Positions 1 through 7,807 of a stretch of DNA of 42,174 nt are shown in pieces. The translations under genes were made by a program, and so were the position numbers. Source of the DNA: a virus; IMG/VR virus record IMGVR_UViG_3300032431_000019, positions 1-42,174 of that record; one strand, written 5' to 3'. Numbering within the stretch: position 1 is the first letter of the stretch; each line of letters begins with the position of its first letter. The notes below the pieces were generated by a model. It worked only from the letters and a program-made list of their open reading frames with translations, searched no databases and had not been told where the DNA came from.

Positions 1-127
1 AAGCGCTTAACAAGCACATTCGTAACTACTTCCCAGATATGCGCGACGTTGGTAGCGCAACATACGCTATCGACAAATACGCCATCATGTACTTCTCTTG
101 GCAAGCTTCAATGATGCCGCGTGTACT
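1..127. repeat. Terminal duplication, copy 1 (identical to 42048-42174); marks circular closure of the assembly
   Basis: Bases 1-127 (aagcgcttaacaagcacattcg...gccgcgtgtact) read identical to 42048-42174. The reading frame of a large ORF is continuous across the junction. Confidence 0.95.
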
Positions 128-1202
128 GCGCGATGTTGTGCGTCGTCCATGGAGGTACGCTGCTTACGAGAAGTTGCGTCAGTTTACCGCCGAGCCACTG
201 CGTGAGGATGACTCCATAACTGAAGCAGGTATATCGCCCGACATCTTGAAGGGTATGCCTTATTTCATTGGTAGAGGTAGAGACGACAACAAACTTGTTT
301 TCTGGAACGATGCCTCTTATAACCCTACTAACTCCACATTTGAATTTATCCGCGAAACTCTAAACATGAATGAGACAGTCGCTGACCGTCGCGCTAAATT
401 ACAAGGCGATGCGCGCAATGCTACTCTCGTTCGTGCGCTACAATCCTCTTATGCACCCGCAAAAATAATCTATGAACTTGCCTCAAACTCAAGCCTCCGC
501 ACAGGTAAAGCCCTCAGAAGTGGTGAAAATGCCATCCCACTGCTCGGATTTAAAGTACCGCCAGAGTTGTACAGTATTATTAACAACTCTATACCATACC
601 TTGGAGCGCTCGACAGACTAGATATCGAATGGTTGAGTGGTAGTCCCGAAATTCGTGACAACAATAACGAGATTATCCAACAAGGTAAGCGTGGTTTTGG
701 AGGTGCAGTACCTGACGCAACTGGTCGTATGCTGCGTAGCAAAGAGGTAGAGTCAGATTGGGCGTACCGTATATTGGGTACAATTGGTGGTAATCTGCGC
801 GTTGTCGACATGGTGAAGCAAAACAAGATTACCTACAACGATGTGTCGCGCTCTCTTGATGTGGTGACTAAACAGCTTGACCGTGAAAAAGAGTCTTTAC
901 TCTCTGACACTCGCGCTGGAAGTATCAAAAATACTAAGTCGTATACCGAGAGGGTGCAGAATATGGAAAAACTGCTCATCACGCGCACCCAATTGCAGAT
1001 TGATGAAGACCGCATCTACCTCTATTTGCGCGAACGTGGCACTCTTACTGACAAAGAAATTAAGCAGAAAGAGATGTACCTCAACCAAATACAGCAGATG
1101 GGTGTATCACCTATTGATGCCGCCATACAAAACCAAGCGCAACAGCTTATGAAGTTTAGACAAGAATGGAGTATACCTCAATATGGCAAAACGAGTCCAT
1201 AA
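1..1202 (+). CDS. C-terminal part of the wrap-around 1318-aa giant internal virion (ejection) protein; same gene as 39293-42174
   Basis: The ORF is open from ATG 39293 to the window end. Its frame continues through position 1 (= 42048) to TAA at 1200-1202, so 2755 + 1202 = 3957 nt. It is the third of three consecutive giant ORFs after the tail genes, the position of T7 gp14-16. No catalytic motif was recognised. Confidence 0.85.
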   Translation, partial: ALNKHIRNYFPDMRDVGSATYAIDKYAIMYFSWQASMMPRVLRDVVRRPWRYAAYEKLRQFTAEPLREDDSITEAGISPDILKGMPYFIGRGRDDNKLVFWNDASYNPTNSTFEFIRETLNMNETVADRRAKLQGDARNATLVRALQSSYAPAKIIYELASNSSLRTGKALRSGENAIPLLGFKVPPELYSIINNSIPYLGALDRLDIEWLSGSPEIRDNNNEIIQQGKRGFGGAVPDATGRMLRSKEVESDWAYRILGTIGGNLRVVDMVKQNKITYNDVSRSLDVVTKQLDREKESLLSDTRAGSIKNTKSYTERVQNMEKLLITRTQLQIDEDRIYLYLRERGTLTDKEIKQKEMYLNQIQQMGVSPIDAAIQNQAQQLMKFRQEWSIPQYGKTSP

Positions 1203-1407
1203 CAAGTCCACAGGTCGCGATTACACATATGACAAGAAGTACCAGAAGACCGCCAAACGCAAGAAATATCGAGCCGAGCTTAATGCCTATAATCGGAAGA
1301 AGGGTACTTATGGTAATGGCGATGGTTTGGATGCCTCGCATAAAGGCGGTCTTATATCAGGGTTCGAGCCAGAGTCAAAAAACAGAGCAAGGAAAACTAA
1401 AAAGTAA
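1183..1407 (+). CDS. Small, very basic conserved-looking phage protein (74 aa), function unknown
   Basis: ATG ORF overlapping the stop of the giant gene. It is Lys/Arg rich with a GNGDGLDASHKGG core that resembles a degenerate HNH-like segment. It is the second-to-last gene of the late operon. Confidence 0.6.
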   Translation: MAKRVHNKSTGRDYTYDKKYQKTAKRKKYRAELNAYNRKKGTYGNGDGLDASHKGGLISGFEPESKNRARKTKK

Positions 1408-1913
1408 TGAAAAACACCGTCGCACAAGTTGTGCAACCTCAAATGCCACAGCAACCAGTCCAACCATCGCAGGGAGTGTTTACCGCTGAACTGATGCTCA
1501 CGTTCTTTGCAGGTATAGTCACCGTATTGGGTATACCTCAATTAGTAAAGGTGTTCGCCACAGAGAAAGTAAAGTCTATGGCGGATGAGCGTCGTCGTGA
1601 AGATAAAGTTTATGACTCAATGTTCACCTCTTTAGAAAATATGCTAAAGGGTATGAACGACAGCAACAAACAAATGGCTGCTGGACAGTCGAGCGCAACG
1701 TCTGAGAGCTTTCAATTAATGGCTACCCTCATACAAGAGATTGCTCTTATTCGGGAAGTAGTGATTAACAACACAGAGGTGATGCGCAAGGTTGGCGACA
1801 CTAGCGAAGCGCTGACTCATGAGATTCACGAAATGCGCGTATCTGGTATTGAGTTAAAAGAAGAAGTGCAAACTCTTAGAAGAGAGGTGAATGATATCAC
1901 AAAGAAATACTGA
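1407..1913 (+). CDS. Membrane-anchored coiled-coil protein (i-spanin-like or holin-like candidate)
   Basis: There is one hydrophobic segment (LMLTFFAGIVTVLGIPQLV) after a Pro/Gln-rich N-terminus, followed by about 110 aa of heptad-like helical sequence. It is the last late gene and is start/stop coupled (TAATG) to the upstream ORF. Confidence 0.6.
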   Translation: MKNTVAQVVQPQMPQQPVQPSQGVFTAELMLTFFAGIVTVLGIPQLVKVFATEKVKSMADERRREDKVYDSMFTSLENMLKGMNDSNKQMAAGQSSATSESFQLMATLIQEIALIREVVINNTEVMRKVGDTSEALTHEIHEMRVSGIELKEEVQTLRREVNDITKKY

Positions 1914-2159
1914 AATTTTACTGATAACGATATTTATACGAAAGGGTCGATCGAGTTGGGTGACAAGAAGTTATCGATCATAAATCAACACAGAGGCGAC
2001 AAGGATCGCTTTCTAGGCGTGATACTCTAATGATCGATAGAATGTACCTTAGCAAATTAGAAAGCCGTACAGAATCAAACAGAGCATTCGTATAACTTTC
2101 ATACATATAGTTATCACCTATTATTCGTTTAAATATCACATTATTATAACACACAAAAT

Positions 2160-2194
2160 AACCGTAGAATTTGCGTTCTACGGTTATTTTTTTT
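2160..2194. terminator. Bidirectional intrinsic terminator where the two arms converge
   Basis: A 10-bp stem AACCGTAGAA / TTCTACGGTT with loop TTTGCG is followed by a T9 run on the plus strand and by ATTTTGTGTG on the minus strand. It lies between the late operon and the stop of minus-strand gene 2193-3338. Confidence 0.8.
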
Positions 2195-3338
2195 ACCAGT
2201 TGTTGCACCTCTCAAGAGCGCGTACGAATAATTTAGTGTCTTTCACCCCACTGAAATATGTGAGGCGCGACTTGTAATCACTGACGCGCAAACTGGCAGC
2301 TTTAAGCAACTCGTCTGTACTGTCGAGCATTGTCGTCTGCGACTTGTTAAGGTAGCTACCATCAAGCCAAACAAACCTGTCAATGTTTGGGTTGGTGTTA
2401 AGCAAGCCGAGATAGAGTTGCTGACCATCGCAGTCGCCCGACACAATGATGGTGCTGACTCCATACTTGTCGCACAAGCCGTTAATTTGCTTGACGTAAA
2501 AAGGGCGAGAAAGTGGACAATCTATAACAGACGCATCTAAATCACCGTCTCTGTCAAAGTCCTTAACATAATCATTACCGTGCATGGTTAAAGTTTCGCT
2601 GCTACGCACACCATTAACTACATACCACTTTGGCACCCCATTATATGTGGGTGCAACAATAACATTGAAGTCATCGCGGATAGCACTGACAGCATTTAGC
2701 AGTGTTGAGTACAACGTGTTGTAAGAACTGCACGATGGCGAAAAGTCAGGTAGAAAAAGAATAGACGGCGTTTGACGGTCTTTCTTTTTAGTATGTACAG
2801 ATACGTCGCGGTAAGTTTCTAGACGTTTCGCGAATTTACTACCGTCAAGTTCATCGCTGTCATTCGCCATACCACCCTCTACCAGTTGGTAGATAGCACC
2901 TTGTATTCGCTTAATGTCATCGTATCCCACCTTCTCTTTTTTTGGAGGTGTAACAATGACAGCGCGCGGATACCAGTTGTTTGGGTCTGACGATGAGCTT
3001 GCGACAGGTGCGCTGAGAGTGTCAAACTGTATGTCAACTTCTGTGTCAGAGTCGAAGCCATCCTCATAGTCAGGGTTTATCACCTCTTCATCAATGAGGT
3101 ACTCAATTTCTTGTTCGCGCAACTCTGTGAGTTTGTCGAAGTCTTCGTCAGAAATGAGTTCGTCAATTATCGCCGCAGCTTCGGAATCACCCTCAGAGAT
3201 AACGTCAATTAGCTCACTCTTGAGGGTAGGTTCTTCTGTAATTGTCGTGACTACAAAATTGAGGCGCAACAGAGTCTGGTACTCTTCGGAGGTACACTCT
3301 TTATAGTCACCATCAACAGTCTTGTAAGCGTATTTCAT
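2193..3338 (-). CDS. VWA (von Willebrand A) domain protein, CobT-like; acidic N-terminal half
   Basis: The MIDAS-type DxSxS motif (LFLPDFSPSCSS, about nt 2733-2747) is followed about 105 aa later by IIVSGDCDG, as in VWA folds. The N-terminal 120 aa are strongly acidic. TAATG coupling links it to the upstream AAA+ gene. Confidence 0.65.
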   Translation of the reverse strand: MKYAYKTVDGDYKECTSEEYQTLLRLNFVVTTITEEPTLKSELIDVISEGDSEAAAIIDELISDEDFDKLTELREQEIEYLIDEEVINPDYEDGFDSDTEVDIQFDTLSAPVASSSSDPNNWYPRAVIVTPPKKEKVGYDDIKRIQGAIYQLVEGGMANDSDELDGSKFAKRLETYRDVSVHTKKKDRQTPSILFLPDFSPSCSSYNTLYSTLLNAVSAIRDDFNVIVAPTYNGVPKWYVVNGVRSSETLTMHGNDYVKDFDRDGDLDASVIDCPLSRPFYVKQINGLCDKYGVSTIIVSGDCDGQQLYLGLLNTNPNIDRFVWLDGSYLNKSQTTMLDSTDELLKAASLRVSDYKSRLTYFSGVKDTKLFVRALERCNNW

Positions 3339-5053
3339 TAGAATGGCATCCTCGTAGAAGAGTTGTTACTGATGTAAAATTTGGTGGCGTAGTTCGCCTT
3401 GCTCAAGATTTCGTAATCTTCAGGTTCTTTACAAAGATAGGCGAACATCAGCGTCTCCACATCTTTAATAGATTGCGCGTGTTCGAGCGATGCAGCAAAT
3501 TGCATACCCTCTTTTACGGAAGGTGAACTTGCACCTCCAGCACGAATAGCAATTAGCGCGTCAACAATTATGGATGCTTGCTTGTGCGCGATTAAGCTGA
3601 TTTCCACATCACGCGGCAGAAAGTCAAAGTGGTGGCGATAGCAGCGGCGCAAGAAAGCTTCACTGTGAGGGCGGTAGCCATTAGAGGTGAAGAAGAGGGT
3701 AATGTTTTTAGCAACACCAACTTCTTGACGGTCTAGGAAAGGTACGCGGTAGTTCTCTGCAAAGTCGAGTAGCAAGTTTTCGGTGCGCTTCGACGCTTTA
3801 TCAATTTCGTCAATACACACCACAACTTTACCTTTGCGTGAAGCTTGCACAGCGCGGAGAAGAATACCAGCTTGGTACACCTCTTCGTGATTGTCAGCCT
3901 CACGGAGTACCGCTTTGCCGACGTTGACGCTGTAGAACAAGTCTTCGCTGTTTGTACCATCATGGCAGAGGGTATAAATGTACTCTGCTCTGTTACGAGC
4001 GGCGTAACAGGAGGTGAAGAAAGTCTTGCCAGTTCCAGGTTTTCCAAGAAGAAGAGCGACATTAGTTTTGTTTTCTGTGTCTTCTAGGATGCGGATTAGC
4101 AGTTCGTCAGGCTTGCGGAGTTTATATGTTCCCATATCCATTGTTTGTGTGTAGATTGGTTCTGTTTCTGTGACTTCTGTTAGAGGTACGCGAGTGAATA
4201 CATATTCATCACCGTAATCTCTTATCGTTTTAGTATCAAGGTGCGGCTGTACATTTATAGATTGCTCTAAGTCTTCAACCACACAATCGAACCATCCAAA
4301 TGTTTTGCTTTCGCAGTAGAACACATGCAGCATTGATTTTGAGCTGAACGAGACAACTGCTCTCGGAGCTACATCTGAACGTATAAAAATGTAGAGTACA
4401 TCGTAGAGTACAAATGCAACTACCTTTGTTTGTTCTTTGTCAATAGTTAGTGAAGACATGAAATCTTCAGCAAGAGAGCGCTGCTCGTCACAGAATTTTT
4501 GCGCATCTTTTAGGTGATACTTCTGTGTGGTATTAGCACCATCACATGTTACACGAACTGGTGGACGAACAAAGGTCTGTGTGAGCGCGTCATAAAGCAC
4601 AGAGTCAGCATCTTCAAGGTCATTGATGTTTGGTAGACCTAACGGAAAAGGCGGTTGCACGATGCTAAATCTTTTAAACCTTACGTTTGAACGCTTTCCA
4701 TTAACATCTACAGTAAAGTTTAGAGAATTTGTAAACCTAGGTATTAAGCCAAACTTCTCAAATTCGTCCCAAGCTGCTCTTGCTACATCAGCATTGTAAC
4801 TTGCACCATTGTGTATTTCCCAACCTGTGTTTGTTGTTGTTGTTGTTGGTGCAAGCTCTTTGATGTCGTCAGTTTGTTTTCTTTTAAACATTCCATTCAC
4901 AACCATTCCGCTTGATGGGTTTATAACAGAGAAACTAAACGACTGTACATCATCGTCTGGAACGCCACGTCTGTAAAACTCATCCCAAGCTAGTCTCTCT
5001 TGGGTATTACTGTATTTACCACGGTCATCACAAAGCTCCCATTCTGTATTCAC
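3338..5053 (-). CDS. AAA+ ATPase, MoxR/CobS-like, with an about 320-aa N-terminal extension containing a tandem duplicated domain
   Basis: Motifs seen are Walker A LLLGKPGTGKTF (about 4021-4056), Walker B VVVCIDEIDKA (about 3796-3830), sensor FFTSNG and LRRC. A GTG start overlaps the upstream stop (GTGA) and is preceded by AGGAG 9 nt upstream. Confidence 0.85.
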   Translation of the reverse strand: MNTEWELCDDRGKYSNTQERLAWDEFYRRGVPDDDVQSFSFSVINPSSGMVVNGMFKRKQTDDIKELAPTTTTTNTGWEIHNGASYNADVARAAWDEFEKFGLIPRFTNSLNFTVDVNGKRSNVRFKRFSIVQPPFPLGLPNINDLEDADSVLYDALTQTFVRPPVRVTCDGANTTQKYHLKDAQKFCDEQRSLAEDFMSSLTIDKEQTKVVAFVLYDVLYIFIRSDVAPRAVVSFSSKSMLHVFYCESKTFGWFDCVVEDLEQSINVQPHLDTKTIRDYGDEYVFTRVPLTEVTETEPIYTQTMDMGTYKLRKPDELLIRILEDTENKTNVALLLGKPGTGKTFFTSCYAARNRAEYIYTLCHDGTNSEDLFYSVNVGKAVLREADNHEEVYQAGILLRAVQASRKGKVVVCIDEIDKASKRTENLLLDFAENYRVPFLDRQEVGVAKNITLFFTSNGYRPHSEAFLRRCYRHHFDFLPRDVEISLIAHKQASIIVDALIAIRAGGASSPSVKEGMQFAASLEHAQSIKDVETLMFAYLCKEPEDYEILSKANYATKFYISNNSSTRMPF

Positions 5054-5874
5054 TCTATAAAACTCCTATACCAATAAGGTTTGTAAGTCAGAAGGTACTG
5101 ACCATCACAGTCATAAAATGCCTCTTTGTAGAAGGAGTAGCGCATATTAGGAGGTACAAGAAACTTACCAGTCAATGTACCTCCACGCTTTTCTGGCACT
5201 CCTTCTGGTGCATTAAGATTCTCGATGATGTAGTCAATACCATCTGTGTTGTCAAAGTGTTTGATGACGAGTCGTGCGCGAGTCAAAATCCTGTCATCCC
5301 ACTTCAACGGAATTTCTCGCAGTTCGTTGGTAGACTTGTTTATGATAAGCCACACGCCGCGCTTTGTTTTCTTTGCAGCACAGTAAATGTGCAGTTGAGT
5401 TAGATACCCTCTGTCATCATTCTGGTTACGGCAGAACTCGCGGAAGTAGGTGTCAGACATTGTTTTAACTTCTACTACCGCTTCACCTACCATAAAATCG
5501 ATATGACCGAGAACACCTCCAAACTCAACTTCGTCTTGTGCGCTGTGGATGTCATACCCCAATAGGAATATGACACACATCACAAACGCCTCGAAGACGT
5601 GTCCAAGCATGAATATCCAGCGCAACTTAAAATTAATTGCATCAGGTTCGCTATACCCAATCTTCGCTAAACAAAGAAGAATAAGCGGCTTACCCATTGC
5701 TGATACGCGAAGCTTGTCAGAGTGTGCGCCATCTCTAAAGAAAACATCTTGCACAGAGGATGCGAGAGTCTTGGAGAAGAACGCAACGACCTTGATGATA
5801 GTGGCGCTATCCACAGGGTATGCGCCAGCTTCGTCGCCGTTCCAGTATTCGAGTAGCCGCCTAAATGTGTTCAT
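5050..5874 (-). CDS. PD-(D/E)XK (RecB/Cas4/YqaJ-like) exonuclease
   Basis: The core motif is GHIDFMV...EAVVEVKT (D...ExK), followed by YLTQLHIY (QxxxY). It is ATGA-coupled to the upstream ORF and sits next to an annealase, the typical exo plus SSAP pairing. Confidence 0.75.
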   Translation of the reverse strand: MNTFRRLLEYWNGDEAGAYPVDSATIIKVVAFFSKTLASSVQDVFFRDGAHSDKLRVSAMGKPLILLCLAKIGYSEPDAINFKLRWIFMLGHVFEAFVMCVIFLLGYDIHSAQDEVEFGGVLGHIDFMVGEAVVEVKTMSDTYFREFCRNQNDDRGYLTQLHIYCAAKKTKRGVWLIINKSTNELREIPLKWDDRILTRARLVIKHFDNTDGIDYIIENLNAPEGVPEKRGGTLTGKFLVPPNMRYSFYKEAFYDCDGQYLLTYKPYWYRSFIE

Positions 5875-6173
5875 CTTCTTCTTGTTGTTTTACGTTTTGC
5901 TGGTTCTTCTTTCTTCGGTTGGCGCACTTTGACTGTACCACCAAGGACGGGATACTTGCCGCCACCGTCTGGTTTGTCCCAAATCGCCACATCGAGTGTG
6001 TAACGGTCTTGGTCGTCACCATCACCTTGAAGGTTGACGGCTTCATTGAGAATCTCTTTCATTTCGTCAATGGTGAATTGGAGTGTACCCTTGTACATCG
6101 GGTGTGCGTCAGTTGTCGCATACTCGTTCTCCCATAAGGAGATGTACGCTGTTGATTCTTTAGATTTAGCCAA
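5871..6173 (-). CDS. Hypothetical 100-aa protein with a basic tail (possible OB-fold or ssDNA-binding accessory; unverified)
   Basis: The TTG start overlaps the annealase stop and is preceded by AAGAGAG 8 nt upstream. The first in-frame ATG would be at 6098. It lies between the SSAP and the exonuclease, where SSB genes sit in Sak3-type modules. The C-terminus is PKKEEPAKRKTTRRR. Confidence 0.55.
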   Translation of the reverse strand: MAKSKESTAYISLWENEYATTDAHPMYKGTLQFTIDEMKEILNEAVNLQGDGDDQDRYTLDVAIWDKPDGGGKYPVLGGTVKVRQPKKEEPAKRKTTRRR

Positions 6174-6909
6174 AGGGGTTAGCTCTCTTACTTGTTGTTG
6201 CTGGTTTTTGACTGCGCGAGTTTGTAGTTGCGGTCGATGAGCGCGAAGTCGATGAGGCTGCTCTTGCTGGTTGAGTGCGACGAGCTAGAGGCTTTTTTTC
6301 CTCTGTCTCGAAGACTTCTTCTTCTTCGTCTTCGCAGTCTTCTTCCTCATCATATCCGCTATCATCGTCTGAATACTCTTCATCTTCAACCACAGGCGAT
6401 GGAGCAGGTCGTCTAGCAGGTGCGGCACGTTTAGCTGTTTCGCGAGTAGAAACAGGAGACGAACCATTGATGTCCTCTTCTTCAAGTCTAAGCCATAGAT
6501 TTAAACCAATTCCAGTCACCTCTGCCAAGACCTTCGCCTTTGCACGCTGAATACTGTCAGTGATAGCGCGAGAGTCAGGGTCAATAGCGCTGCTGTGGTT
6601 GAAACCAGTCATAACTGGAAAATGACTAGGCAAAGAGGTAGCACCACTAATTGTATCCACGATGAGTACAGATACAATTGCGCTACCATCTGGTAAAAAC
6701 ATGACAGGTTTGCCGTCAAACAACTCCGTGGTGAATGAAAATTTAGGATAATGGCGCTTCATAAGCATGAGACACACACTCCATGGAAGGTATTCCATAC
6801 CACCCTTCGGATACTTCTTGACAAGATTGGAAACGTCAAGAGCAACGTTGGTTTCAAACTCTGCGTTTGGTATAGAGATTGTCATCGTGTTTGCTTGCAC
6901 AGTCATCAT
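6166..6909 (-). CDS. Single-strand annealing protein, Sak3/DUF1071-type (Rad52 superfamily), with acidic then Ser/Thr/Lys-rich tail
   Basis: The pattern EYLPWS...HYP...DG...VSVLIV...FPVM...N...IDPD...ITDSIQRAKAKVLAEVTGIGLNLW matches the remembered Sak3/DUF1071 signature (YLsW, PVM, QRa.vKa.a..GlGL.lY). The start is set at ATGATG 6909 (AAGGA 9 nt upstream) rather than the GTG at 6963 in the ORF track. Confidence 0.7.
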   Translation of the reverse strand: MMTVQANTMTISIPNAEFETNVALDVSNLVKKYPKGGMEYLPWSVCLMLMKRHYPKFSFTTELFDGKPVMFLPDGSAIVSVLIVDTISGATSLPSHFPVMTGFNHSSAIDPDSRAITDSIQRAKAKVLAEVTGIGLNLWLRLEEEDINGSSPVSTRETAKRAAPARRPAPSPVVEDEEYSDDDSGYDEEEDCEDEEEEVFETEEKKPLARRTQPARAASSTSRSSTATTNSRSQKPATTSKRANPFG

Positions 6910-7009
6910 CGGTGATTGTCCTTGTAGCATTAGTTTAGTAGTTAGTAAAGAACTTGAACGCACATTTAGGGTGCAGTCTGGCTAGGGTGTTTCTAGTCAC
7001 CAACGACAT

Positions 7010-7807
7010 TTACAGCATCCTCAAGAATACAGGAAAGCGCGGCTTAACCTGTTCAGAGCGCTGATACTTGAACTCAACAGACTTGCCGATGAGTTCATCT
7101 TTTATACTCCACAGGATAGAGCGCGACATATCATCAAGACCGCTGCCACATGAGAACTCTACACCCTCAGAGGTGCGAAGTTGTAATGAGCCGAGAGTGT
7201 CAACAGACATGCCGCCTTCGAGTTTGCACTCATATCCGATAACTCTAGCAGTTTCTGTCATGGCACGTTTGAATGATAAGTAGGACTGTTCTTTGAATGT
7301 AACCCTACCGAATTTGTAGGGTGCGTCAGGGTCGCGGATAATTACACCCTCTAGACCATCTAACACATATTGTTGTTCAAGCTGTAATAGCTCTTCGAGA
7401 GAGTTGACTATATCATACGATGCACAATGGATTCGTAATGATGGCTTGCGCTCAAAGTGTAGACGGTGAATCCTGTCACCAAACTCTTTGTCAGGTATGT
7501 CAAACCTGTCGAACATATAAAGATGCCAACGCTCATCCTCTTTGTAGTGAGAACGGACAAAAGAAGTAGTGTCGCTAAAAGAGTTGTTAACTACAAGCTC
7601 ACCTTCTCTACCATCGGGTAAATCTTTTAGTGCAGCGCGGAGGTAGCCATTAGGTACGGTTTTACCTGAACGCATCTTAAGTACGCCGTTAACCTTCATA
7701 ACGCGGATACCATCATACTTTGGCATGACAATCTTTGGAAACGTGATGAGGTTGAGAAACTTCTCTCTACCTCCATCAAGAGTGTGGTCAGCTAACATTG
7801 CTTTCAT
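7010..7807 (-). CDS. ATP-dependent DNA ligase (minimal, 265 aa)
   Basis: Nucleotidyl-transferase motifs are present: I PKYDGIRV, III LYMFDRFD, IV LEGVIIRD, V LSFKR and VI-like KPRFPVFLR. TAATG coupling links it to the polymerase gene. Confidence 0.9.
   Translation of the reverse strand: MKAMLADHTLDGGREKFLNLITFPKIVMPKYDGIRVMKVNGVLKMRSGKTVPNGYLRAALKDLPDGREGELVVNNSFSDTTSFVRSHYKEDERWHLYMFDRFDIPDKEFGDRIHRLHFERKPSLRIHCASYDIVNSLEELLQLEQQYVLDGLEGVIIRDPDAPYKFGRVTFKEQSYLSFKRAMTETARVIGYECKLEGGMSVDTLGSLQLRTSEGVEFSCGSGLDDMSRSILWSIKDELIGKSVEFKYQRSEQVKPRFPVFLRML

Noticed and set aside
1978-2208. 76-aa minus-strand ORF downstream of the late operon
   Set aside because: It starts inside the coding end of 2193-3338, reads straight through the bidirectional terminator hairpin, and has low-complexity AT-rich codons.
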